Of a stretch of 33,184 nucleotides of DNA, positions 22,010 to 33,184 are shown piece by piece (position 1 is the first letter of the stretch; each line of letters opens with the position of its first letter). The notes under the pieces were generated by a model that searched no databases, was not told where the DNA came from, and worked only from the letters and a program-made list of their open reading frames with translations. Source of the stretch: Octopus sinensis. Taxonomy: Eukaryota. The position numbers were made by a program, and so were the translations under genes. Location: NCBI RefSeq assembly GCF_006345805.1, contig NW_021829605.1, forward strand, positions 1-33,184. The letters are read 5' to 3'.

Positions 22010-22027
22010 AACATATACATATGTATG

Positions 22028-22081
<54 letters not shown>

Positions 22082-22277
22082 GATACATGCATACATACAT
22101 ATATACGTTGTAAATATATATATATATATATATACAGGTATGTATGTATATTCATAATACAAATACAGATATATATATATATATATATATATAGATACAT
22201 GCATACATACATATATACGTTGTAAATATATATATATATATATTTAGGTATGTATGTATATTCATAAATACAAATAC

Positions 22278-22305
<28 letters not shown>
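22010..22305. repeat. TA-rich compound repeat (~115-bp unit, 2 copies; part recurs at about 23612-23650)
   Basis: AGATACATGCATACATACATATATACGTTGTAA and AGGTATGTATGTATATTCATA are repeated. Confidence 0.8.
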
Positions 22306-22312
<7 letters not shown>

Positions 22313-22506
22313 AATAAAATAGAATATATGCATATATATAAACATATATGTACGTACCTACCTCTACATGTACATATACACGCATATATGTGTACAGGAC
22401 ACCAAAAAGACGTCGAACACATAGAGAGACGAAACACATAGACACAAACCAAGGAACAAGACAAGCAAAAAAAAGGAGAGATACAGGACAATAAGCACAA
22501 CGAAAA

Positions 22507-22572
22507 ATCCCCTTCTTCAGTCGCTAAGATTTCATCTACTAAACGTTTCGAAGGATAAAAGCGAGACGTATA
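22507..22572 (-). ncRNA. Hammerhead candidate with permuted strand order, copy 2
   Basis: Minus strand: TATACGT-C-TCGCT-TTT-ATCCTTC-GAAACGTTTA-[AGAT/ATCT hairpin]-AGCGA-CTGAAGA-AGGGGAT. GUC site at C=22565. Confidence 0.7.
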
Positions 22573-23367
22573 CTTCGAAGAAAAATTCCTTCCCGCGAAA
22601 AGCAAATCAATTAAAATTCTGAGATCTTTTCGCAGAGGGGTAAAAAAAAGCAAGACGGTAACGACAGTACAAACATATAAACAGTAAAAAATATATATAT
22701 AAACAGTGGAAAAATAAATATATAACAGTGAGAGACAGGACAAGGAGAACAAGATAAGAGGGCTGTTAACGCCAGACGAAAAAAGTATTGCAAACGCTGG
22801 ATTATCGTGGAAGACGAGAGAGGGAAAATTTGTCGACCAGAAGCCTTACAAGGCGGGCGAGAAAAGACAGGATAGCAGTTACGACGGAATATCGTCGCAG
22901 ATGGATGACGGGAATGGGGGAGGAGGAGCAAGAGGAAGAGAGAGAAGAAGGGGAATGGTGCGAGGAGACCATGAAGAATGGTGAAAGGGAGAGAGAGAAT
23001 GAAGAATGAGAGAGAGAGGAAGAGACAAGTTAAGTGAGGGAAAAAAAAGACGAAAAAGGGAATGGGAGAGAAAAGAAAGATGCAGAGTCGCGTGAGAGTT
23101 AATATCAAGGCTAACTTGATAAACAGAACAATCTTACTTAATAGGGTGCGTGCGTTTAGTCGTATAATATGTTAATAAAATAGAATATATGCATATATAT
23201 AAACATATATGTACGTACCTACCTCTACATGTACATATACACGCATATATGTGTACAGGACACCAAAAAGACGTCGAACACATAGAGAGACGAAACACAT
23301 AGACACAAACCAAGGAACAAGACAAGCAAAAAAAAGGAGAGATACAGGACAATAAGCACAACGAAAA

Positions 23368-23433
23368 ATCCCCTTCTTCAGTCGCTAAGATTTCATCTAC
23401 TAAACGTTTCGAAGGATAAAAGCGAGACGTATA
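23368..23433 (-). ncRNA. Hammerhead candidate with permuted strand order, copy 3
   Basis: Identical to copy 2. GUC site at C=23426. Confidence 0.7.
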
Positions 23434-23553
23434 CTTCGAAGAAAAATTCCTTCCCGCGAAAAGCAAATCAATTAAAATTCTGAGATCTTTTCGCAGAGGG
23501 GTAAAAAAAAGCAAGACGGTAACGACAGTACAAACATATAAACAGTAAAAAAA

Positions 23554-23619
<66 letters not shown>

Positions 23620-23704
23620 GGTATGTATGTATATTCATATATACAAATATATATATATATATATGTATGTATATGTATATATATATATAAATAGAGAAAT
23701 ATAA

Positions 23705-23738
<34 letters not shown>

Positions 23739-24182
23739 TTCGTTTTTGTATATGGTTTGCACACACACACACACACACATACTTGTATTTGCATATATAC
23801 GTGTGTGTGTGTGTATAATTGAATAGCACATGTTCCTTTAAAACTAGTGAAATATAAGCTAAAAATGGACAATATTTCATAGAAAGAAAAAATATATAAA
23901 AGCTTTCATAGGACAATGTTAACTCCAGCTATATAAGACATGTTACGAGGAATGAATTACACATTTTCGTATTTATAAAGTCAAAAACTTGTGATCTTTT
24001 GTAGTAAAAATTCCCATTCAGCTTAAACATATCCGGTTATTTAGAAAATAGTTGGAGAGTGGAGAAACGGGTGGTTTAATCGCAGGGATGCTTCTGTTAT
24101 GATAGAAAGAGTAAAGATGAGCAGCTGCTCAAACAGCTCTGTGCTGAGTGACAAAGAGATGGCTTTTCTTAATTTTTTCGTT

Positions 24183-24355
24183 GTGGCTGTGTGGTAAGTA
24201 GCTTGCTTACCAACCACATGGTTCCGGGTTTAGTCCCACTGCGGGGCACCTTGGGCAAGTGTCTTCTACCATAGCCTCGGGCCGACCAAAGCCTTGTGAG
24301 TGGATTTGGTAGACGGACACTGAAAGAAGCCTGTCGTACATATATATATATATAT
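24183..24355 (+). mobile_element. SINE family D 5' half (resumes at 28144-28297 after the hAT insertion)
   Basis: Head GTGGCTGTGTGGTAAG. The 3' part GTTTGTCCCCCCAACATCGCTTGACAACC follows the transposon. Confidence 0.88.
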
Positions 24356-27300
24356 CAGGGGCGTGCACTCTCAGCAATGCAAGGTATGCGCTGCATGCCT
24401 TCTTTGTTTCAAAGAAAATACGTCCAGTTGTTTTAGAAATATTGTCTCCACTTCGTACATCTGCTTTGATAAATGCTTTTAGAAGATCGCATGATACACA
24501 CTCCCTCTCTGTCTGTATTAGTTTGTCCTTCCTTCCTCTCTCTCTCTCTCTATCTTAGTGACTCGATAAATTTATCGCTTGTCATGCGTTGGGAAGACAG
24601 CATGAGTCCCTTCTCTCTGTCTTTGATAGTTTGTCTCTTCTTCCTCTTTCTTTGTTTAAAAGATATACTACGAGGAATGGTCACCCCCTTCTCTCTCAGC
24701 GATTCGACAAATTCAGTTTGGCGTGTCATGCTGTGCTAAAATCGCATTTCACGCCTCTCTGGCTATTTTGACCGGAACAAGAGCCGTCCCATAATTCTTG
24801 TTTTAGCCAGCTGAAATGTTGGAATAGCCTTCGCATGTAAGTTTGAAGTTTTTTTTCCAAAACATCCGTTTGCACTATCATATTTTTAGAAAGTTTTGAA
24901 AGCAAAAATATCTACATTATATTTCTTATTTCAGAAATAGCTAATTAATCTTAAATTAATTTAACAAAGGGTATTTTTCCGTTTTGTTGAAATTGACTTA
25001 AAATTTACGCCGGCGCTTCCACGTGGGTCCTTAAATAAGAGCAGCCTTTTTCAAAATGAGTGAAATGTGTGCTATAAACGATATTTTGAGAACTAGTTTT
25101 TCTAAAAGGGACTTCGATGGGAAAAAATTAATTATAAATCGCGGGAGACCAACACCGAATTTACCTAATTTGCGAAGCTACAACAAGAAATTCACGAGAC
25201 AATTTCAGGTTAATTCGTATGAAAAGAAGAAATGGTTAACTGGAAGTGTTGCTCTTAATAAATTATTCTGTTGGCCGTGTTTACTTTTTGGCTTAGAAAA
25301 AAATGTTTGGAATGATAAAGGCTATGATGATTTAAATAATTTACATATGGCTATGCTAAAGCACGAGCGTTCTCTAAGGCATATAAAATGTTTGATAGAC
25401 CTTAAAATATTCGGGAATGTTCGCATAGACTTACAATTAGATGCACGTAAAAATCAAAGCATACAACAGCATAATGAGAAAGTTCGACGAAACAGATCCA
25501 TTCTGCAACGATTGATCGATGTTGTTATTTTTTTAGGCCTCCAGGAATTATCGTTTCGGGTGTCATTTTGAATCTGAAGGCTCTAATAATCGGGGAAATT
25601 ATAAAGAACTCGTTTATTTGATCAGTAAGTATGACAACAAATGGAAAGTCATTTAGATACAGCTTCTATCTTCACTGGTCTGTCGAACAGAATTCAAAAT
25701 GACTTGATCGAAGCAATTCATAAAGTTATGTTGAATGAGATGCAGAAGGAAATTGACCAAGCTAAGTTTGTTTCTATTCTTGTTGATGAGACATCTGATG
25801 TCTCAGCATCTTCACAACTGTCAACAGTTTTACGTTATGTTACAGAAGACTGTGTGACGAAAGAACGATTTATCGGTTTTAGTGATGTTAGTGCAGATCG
25901 ATCTGCAAATGCTTTATCTGAACATGTTTTTAAATGCATTGAGACGTGGGAATGTGGAAACAAATTGATTGCGCAGACATATGATGGTGCCGCTACAATG
26001 GCAGGACAACTAAATGGTTACAGGCAAAAGTAAGAAAGAAATATGAATGTGCGATCTTTATCATTGTTGTGCCCATATCCTAAATTTAGTTCTTTCACAA
26101 TCATGCTCTGCTATGAAAGAATGCAAGATATTTTTTTCTACAATAAACGGACTCGGTACATTTTTTACGAAATCACCGAAAAGGACTAATGCATTAGATA
26201 ATATTGTTAAAAAAAGATTTCCGAAAGCAACAGCAACTAGATGGAATTACTCCTCACGTCTTATTATTACCACAAAGGAAAATTATAATTTCATAATCAG
26301 CCTTTTTGAACACATCATTGAAAATCCTGAAGCATGGGATGATATCACCATAAATTCAGCAATTGGATTCTTACACACTTTAAAAGCTCCTGATTTCTTA
26401 TTTTTGTTAGAGGTATTCAGTGACATTTTTTCTTTTACTGACGTCTTATTTAACATACTCCAGAGTAAAAGTCATGACATAGTGTATTGTAAACAGCAAA
26501 TAGATAAAACTAGAACTGTACTCGAAAACAAACTTGATAATTTTTCAGTCTTTTATGATAGTTAGGGGAAAATATGGAGTCGATGCAGGAATCGGAATTC
26601 AGAGATCCAAGAATATATCTATTGATCCCCAACGACATTATAGAACGCTTTATAACAAAATTATAAGTACAATAGTTGACCAAATAAAAGCACGATATTC
26701 ATCCTTAGAAGAGTTTAAATTCATGGAACTTTTGAATTTCAACAAAGTTGATGAGTATTGCAAACAATTTCCTGTGGACTCTTTAGATTCTTTAAGAACA
26801 ACTTATGGCAGATTTTTTGATGTAATACGATTACAAAGTGAGCTCAATGTGATGTATTCAATGAAATTTTAAAAAACCAAGTGTAAGTCATTTAATGAGT
26901 TACATTAATAGCACTGATCTTGTTGAAGCTATGCCAGAACTCTTCAATCTGTGCAAGTTGATTTTGACAATTCCGTCTACCACTGATTCTGTAGAGCGAT
27001 CCTTTTCTGCATTAAGTAGAATTAAAACATACCAAAGAAATGCGACAGGAGAAAGAAGACTGTCTGGGTTAGCACTAATGTCAATTGAAAAAGATTTATT
27101 ACAAGAATTGATGAAAAGAGAAGATTTCTATGAAAATGTGATAGATATATTTGCCCAGAAAGATCGAAGAATTGAATTAATTTATAAATGAGCTAAGTAA
27201 CATTTTAAAACATTAAAATATATATATATTAAAGAGCATATATTACAGGTTTTGCTAAGTGTTTGTTATAACGTAAGGTTCGACCTTCTTACATCAGTAT

Positions 27301-28143
27301 TGTTTCGCAGGAGAAATGTTTTGATTTCTTCGTGAAACCTAACCTACATAGATTTCCCTTTCTGTGCTGCTGGGTGTAGTCTATTTACGGCCGTAAATAA
27401 GTGTTTTGTTTCACTTTCAATAAGTGTCTTGTTTCAATCTCAGAGATGTTGACTTCTGCCACAACAGTTTTGGGAGGCTTTTTACAATGTTGAATTTTCG
27501 CTGTCTTTCATTGTGTGCGTATTCATGTATATGCGTGTATTTTCAATGCTTGTGCGTGAGACGTAGTCCTTTAATGTACGGAGTTCAGTAAGTCTCAGAA
27601 CAGTCAATAATTTTCCCGGAATTGACAAGTAGCATGATAAAGAACCTGACTTGTCTTCCAGAGCGTAACGATCTAAAACCATGGCCATATAATGTAACTA
27701 AATGTGTTCTTTTAATTAAATCATTTCATTCAGCTCAACCGATAGGTATAGGGGCTAATGCAGAATCGCACCCCTTTGAAAAACGAATTTATGTGAAAAT
27801 TTTTTTTCGGATTCCTACCTTTAACAGAGATTCTGAATATGCAAAAATATTGACAGAATCCAATTTCATCTTTATTACATTTCACTTATGATTTTTAGAC
27901 TTTTCTAGGGAGAATGAGGATGGGAAAGTACTGACGTTTCGAAGAGCAAAGAATAATACAAACAATACACTTATTTCAGGATCATCTCTGCACAGCCATT
28001 TTTTATTCCCTGTTTATTCTGCATATTCAGAATCTCTTATATGTAAATCGTAGGAATACGAAAATGTTTTACTGAAAAATTGCCGGGGGGGGGGCAATGA
28101 AATTAATTGCATGCCCAATGCCGGAAGTCACCGCACGCCACTG
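24356..28143 (+). mobile_element. 3788-bp hAT DNA transposon (Tip100/ZMYM1-like)
   Basis: 11-bp TIRs CAG(G/T)GGCGTGC, 8-bp flanks ATATATAT on both sides, internal transposase. Confidence 0.93.
25056..27191 (+). pseudogene. hAT transposase (~710 aa, ZMYM1/DUF4371-like), split by frameshifts
   Basis: TTF-type zinc finger (LFCWPCLLF..KHE.S..H), FRGH..NRGNY, ILVDETSD (D), QTYDGA (D), HCCAH (CxxH), TRW, and SVERSFS (E, dimerisation domain), all collinear. Confidence 0.92.
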
Positions 28144-28208
<65 letters not shown>

Positions 28209-28597
28209 TTTGTTTGTCCCCCCAACATCGCTTGACAACCGATGCTGGTGTGTTTACGTCCCCGTAACTTAGCGGTTCGGCAAAACAGACCGATAGCAAA
28301 AGAGACCATCTCATATAGTTTATATTTCAGAGAATATAAACTAAACGCGTCATTGAATTCTTTTATGATGTGGGGTTGTGATTTGAGGATGATTTGACTG
28401 TTATTTCCAGTATATTAATTGGACGACCACACAAAGGACGTCTCATCGCTGGCTTATAACAAGAAAACCATATTATAAACTAAGATAACTTCGGCTGTCT
28501 CGAAAATATTGTTTGTTATGTGCCATCCAATCAGTGGACACAATTCTACCACGTGATGTTTTTTACTCCCACATCGTTTATTATTTAGGCTTACGTA

Positions 28598-29012
28598 AAG
28601 GCGGTGAGCTGGCAGAAACGTTAGCACGCCGGGCGAAATGCGTAGCCTATTTCATCTGCCGCAACGTTCTGAGTTCAAATTCCGCTGAGGTCGACTTTGC
28701 CTTTCATCCTATCGGGGTCGATAAATTTAGTACCAGTTACGCACTGGGGTCGATATAATCGACTTCATCCCTTTGTCTGTCCTTATTCGTCCCCTCTGTG
28801 TTTAGCCCCTTGTGGGCAGTAAAGAAATAAAAATCGTTTGGACGCCGGGCAAAATGCTTAGCAGCATTTCATCCGTCTTCGGGTTCTGAGTTCAAATACC
28901 ACCGAGGTCGATTTTGTCTTTCATCCTTTCGAGGTCGATAATATGAGTACTGGGGCCGATGCAATCGACTTACTCCTTCCTGAAATTGTTAGTCTTGTAC
29001 CAAAATTTGAAA
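28598..29012 (+). mobile_element. SINE family A monomer followed by a degenerate second unit
   Basis: 28598-28830 matches 14939-15172. 28831-29012 repeats the head and central domain. Confidence 0.85.
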
Positions 29013-29424
29013 GCATTTTTTTAGCTGACGTCGATTCGTCTGAAGGGACACTTTATAGTGACGTTAGATATACATCGACTCAGTGCTGCGGATTTACTCT
29101 TTTCGCCTTAGCACACTTACTGTAGTACAGGCTGTTCATTTTGCATTGTGGACAATTGAAGTTACAGTTCGCCATTTTACACTTTGGTTTGGAATTGGTG
29201 CAATGGTTTCTTTGTTCGTTTATAAAGTTATTGTCTGAGCACAATATTATTAATTATTCGTCTTTCATTATGATATCATCTGGCAATGAGGATGAGTTTT
29301 TGTGTTCCAGATAATACATTCTCGGCCACGTCCTTGCATTTTTTTTACTACGATGATTGTGGTTTGAGGCTGATTTAACTGCTGTTTCTAGTTTCTTGAC
29401 TGAGACTAGAAACAACAACAGCAA

Positions 29425-29740
29425 GGAGGCGCAATGGTCCAATGGTTAGGGCAGCGGACTCGCGGGCGGAGGATCGCGATTTCGATTCACAGACCGGGCG
29501 TTGTGTGTGTTTATTGAGCGAAAACACCTAAAGCTCCACGAGGCACCGGCAGGGGGTGGTGGCGACCCCTGTTGTACTCTTTCGCCCCAACTTCCCCTTA
29601 CTCTTTCTTCCTATCTCTCTAGTAACGCTGCGATGGACTGGCATCCCGTCCAGCTGGTGGGGAACACATACGCCACAGAAACCGGGAAACCGGGTCCACG
29701 AAGCTGGCTAGGCTTGAATAGGGCACATAAATAAAATAAT
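29425..29740 (+). mobile_element. SINE family C head and body with a different 3' tail
   Basis: Matches 18359-18545, then diverges into CTGCGATGGACTGGCATCCCGTCCAG and an AT-rich tail. Confidence 0.85.
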
Positions 29741-30036
29741 AGTTTTTACGTTCCAGAAAATACATTATCAATTATGTCCTTGCGTTTTAACTTTTTTGTG
29801 ACGATGGGTTGCGATTTGAGGCTGATTTGGCTGCTATTTCTATCTCTGTTGAATGAACGACCACACAAAGATGCCTCTTCGCTGGCTCATAACAAGTGGA
29901 CCATATTATTTAATATGCAGCAACTTCGTGAAGGTAAACAGCATGGATGATGGCGCTCACAACTTGGCTCTCTTATCGTCGTTACTGACATAGAAGAGAA
30001 ACCACAGGAGGATTTATTAATGGGCGTTCCAGCTTC

Positions 30037-30050
30037 ACCACCACCACCAC

Positions 30051-30096
<46 letters not shown>

Positions 30097-30511
30097 GTTA
30101 GTAGTAGTAGTATGTTCCTGATGTAGTTGTTGAAGCAGCTGTTGTTATTACTACTTTTGTTGGTCTTAGTGTTTATGTATTTTTGCTGTTGTTGTTGCTC
30201 TCAGTGTTGGTTCTGTGGCCGTTGTTGTCGTTGTTTTGTTGTAGTTGTTGCTGCTGCTGGTAGTGGTGGTGGTGGCGGCAACCATTACGGTTGCCGCCGC
30301 CGTCGTCGTTGGACCGTCGTCATCGCAAATACTCCTGCTGCTGTTGTTTGTTTGCTTGTTTATTATTATTATTATTGTTGTTGTTGTAATAGATGTTCTT
30401 CCCGTTATTGTTGGTACCGTAATTGTTTTAGTAGCTGTAGCCACTGCTGTGGTCATCCTCCTCCTCCTCCTCCTCCTCATCATCATCATCATCACCACCA
30501 CCACCACCACC

Positions 30512-30545
<34 letters not shown>

Positions 30546-30607
30546 TTATTATTATTATTTATTATTATTATTATTATTATTACTGCTACTACTACTACTA
30601 ATAGTAT

Positions 30608-30675
<68 letters not shown>

Positions 30676-30792
30676 TATTTTTTTATTATTCATAGCTTCT
30701 ACAGCTGCTGTTGTTTTTGCTGTAATGGCGGTCATCGTTGTTCTCGTTACTGCTGTTGTTGTTTTTGTTTGTTTGTTGTTGTTGTTGTTGAC
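30037..30792. repeat. Mosaic of trinucleotide repeats (CAC, ATT, GTT, CCT, CAT, CTA)
   Basis: Read directly. This tract is the source of the spurious 343-aa ORF. Confidence 0.92.
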
Positions 30793-31349
30793 CACAATTT
30801 CATTATGAAATCGGTCGTGCGTGTACGTGTTTATTCCGTACGCGCGTTTGTGTGTTTATTTGTATATGCGTGTGTATGTGTGTATGTGTGTGTGTGTGTG
30901 TGTGCGTGTGTGTATTTCTTTGTGTATTCCCATGTATTCGTGAGTATGTGTATGTGTATGTATGTGTGTATGAATGTCCTTGCATATGTATGCGTCTCTA
31001 TAAGACGTACGTTATTCAGTGTGTTTGTGGGTGGGTGTTTATCTGCTACAAACATGTGTATATATGCCTCTTCTTGGCGCGAATATATGTGTATATTTGT
31101 GTATGTGCGTATGTGTGTACATGTGCGTGTGTGTCAATATGTGTGTTCATGTGTATGAAAGTGTACGTGTTTCTATCGGATAGCAAAGGGTGGAAGCAGG
31201 AAAGAAATGAAAGAGGGACAGAATGAAAGAGGGGCGAAGGTAAGAGGGAAAGAGAAGTGAGAGGATGAAGGACTTTTGGTCCCCGTTTGTTCTTGCTTGA
31301 AATTGAATAACATGACAAAGGGAGAGACATATTGTCTCATTTAGTAAAG

Positions 31350-31351
31350 AT

Positions 31352-31383
<32 letters not shown>

Positions 31384-31475
31384 GGGGGTGAGAAAGAGAG
31401 TGGGAAGGCAGGAGGGAGAAAGAGAGAGAGAAACTGAGGAAGAAAGGGAGCAATATATACATTTATATGTATGTA

Positions 31476-31540
<65 letters not shown>

Positions 31541-31754
31541 ACGTACATGTGTGTGTATGTATGTTTATATAAATCTCTCTCTTCTCTCTCTCTTTAAATA
31601 TATATATATCGATAGAGAGGGAGAGAGAGAGGGAGAAAGATAGAGAGAGAGAAAGAGAGTGAGAGAGTGAGAGAGAAAGGAAATGAGGGAGAGAAGGAGC
31701 AATGTGTACATTTATACACACACATACACAGAAACATACACACACGCATGCACG

Positions 31755-31785
<31 letters not shown>

Positions 31786-31788
31786 ACG

Positions 31789-31865
<77 letters not shown>
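31350..31865. repeat. Compound GA/CT/TA/CA microsatellite
   Basis: Read directly from the sequence. Confidence 0.92.
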
Positions 31866-32184
31866 TCGCAAGACAGCGAGAAAGCGAGGAAGAGAGATGG
31901 CGATGTTAAAAGAGTGAGAAGCCGTGAGTTAGAACTAAAGAAATAGAAATGGAAAAAGACTCGGGCAGTAATAGGCTGCTTATCTCTTTCTGTTCTGTTC
32001 TTTACGTTTGAGGCTTGTTTCTCTCCCCCCTCCTCCTCCCTCTTTTTATGGTGTTGCTGTGTCTCTTTATTTTCTTTATCGTTAAACGTGGCTTATAATT
32101 TCATTTGGTTGTTATTTACTGAGACAGAAATTAGTAAACATATTGGGTAGGGAGAGAGAGGGGTGAGAGAGAGGGGGAGAGAAC

Positions 32185-32416
32185 AGCTAAGAGATACAAG
32201 AGAGAGAGCGAGAGGCTAAGAGATACGAGAGAGAGGCTAAGAGATACAAGAGAGAGAGAGAGAGGCTAAGAGATACAAGAGAGAGAGAGAGAGGCTAAGA
32301 TATACAAGAGAGAGAGAGAGAGGCTAAGAGATACAAGAGAGAGATGGGAGAGAGAGGCTAAGAGATACGAGAGAGAGACTAAGATATACAAGAGAGAGGG
32401 AGAGAGGCTAAGAGAT

Positions 32417-32451
<35 letters not shown>

Positions 32452-32458
32452 AAGAGAT

Positions 32459-32494
<36 letters not shown>

Positions 32495-32587
32495 CTAAGA
32501 GATACAAGAGAAAGAGGCTAAGAGATACAAAAGAGAGAAAGAGAGGGTGAGAGATACGAACGAAAGAGAGATGCTGCTAAGATATAC

Positions 32588-32625
<38 letters not shown>

Positions 32626-32710
32626 AGCGGGTGAGAGATTGAAAGAGAGAGAGAAAAAGTGGGAGCGGGGCTAAGATATTCAATAGAGAAAGGGAGAAAG
32701 ACAGAGACAC

Positions 32711-32756
<46 letters not shown>

Positions 32757-32880
32757 GATGTACGACAGCGAATGAGAAATAGGAATGAGAGAGCGAGAGA
32801 GGAGAGAGAGAGAGAAGGAGGGAGAGAGGGAGGGAGGGAGAGAGAGGGAGAGAAAAAGAGAGAGAAAGAGAGAGAGAACA
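32185..32880. repeat. Minisatellite GGCTAAGAGATACAA(GA)n decaying into (GA)n
   Basis: About 13 or more GCTAAGA(G/T)ATAC units with variable GA spacers. Confidence 0.9.
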
Positions 32881-33184
32881 GAAAGGAAGGAATGAGGCTG
32901 AGGAAGGAAACCAAGAGACACGAAAAAAAAAAGGCGAAAAGCGAAAGATGCTGAGATATAAAAAAAAGCAAAGAAAGGAAAAAAACAACAAAAAACAAGA
33001 GAAAAATACAAAAAAAAACAACAGAAAAGCGAGGGACAGAAGCAGTTTGTGTCTTTTTTTTTTAATTCGGGGTATTTATTACTAGGTGATCTGTTTGCCC
33101 ACCCTCACCAACCGATTTATGGTATTGCTTCGTCTACTCTTAATTGTATACCATAGTTTCTTTTTTTACTAGTATAACAGAAAC

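Larger units (their letters stand above)
22306..23563 (-). mobile_element. Permuted-hammerhead element with ~395-bp direct repeats (period 861 bp, ~1.46 units), retrozyme/Penelope-like
   Basis: 22306-22700 is essentially identical to 23167-23563. Flanked by (TA)n on both sides, with no credible ORF. Confidence 0.8.

Noticed and set aside
21907-23514. Minus-strand ORFs over the direct-repeat element
   Set aside because: Low-complexity translation with no RT, GIY-YIG or gag motifs, and not conserved as protein in the 3885-4630 copy.
30127-31158. 343-aa ORF with poly-H/L/C runs
   Set aside because: Built from trinucleotide and dinucleotide repeats, with no domain signal.

Overview
Eukaryotic, AT-rich, repeat-saturated non-genic DNA. 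The SINE families and microsatellite load resemble octopus/coleoid cephalopod genomes (inference). I cannot support any host gene. The only protein-coding signals are a full-length but frameshifted hAT (Tip100/ZMYM1-like) transposase (25056-27191, inside a 3.8-kb TIR element) and a CR1-type LINE 3' fragment (12692-13021). The other listed ORFs come from simple repeats or SINEs. The main result is three distinct hammerhead-ribozyme (HHR) architectures, all read by eye from base pairing and none tested. (1) A 3.7-copy ~557-bp tandem array with one type I HHR per unit, like a non-LTR retrozyme (141-2190). (2) A 275-bp palindrome with a minimal HHR on each strand carrying a G3-C8 compensatory core (3421-3695). 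(3) A repeat family (about 3885-4630 and 22306-23563) whose minus strand holds all HHR core nucleotides with the three junction strands in a non-canonical order (S1-S3-S2), supported by compensatory changes between diverged copies. The rest is four tRNA-derived SINE families (often nested), MITEs, minisatellites, microsatellites and local duplications. Several insertions sit in (TA)n tracts.
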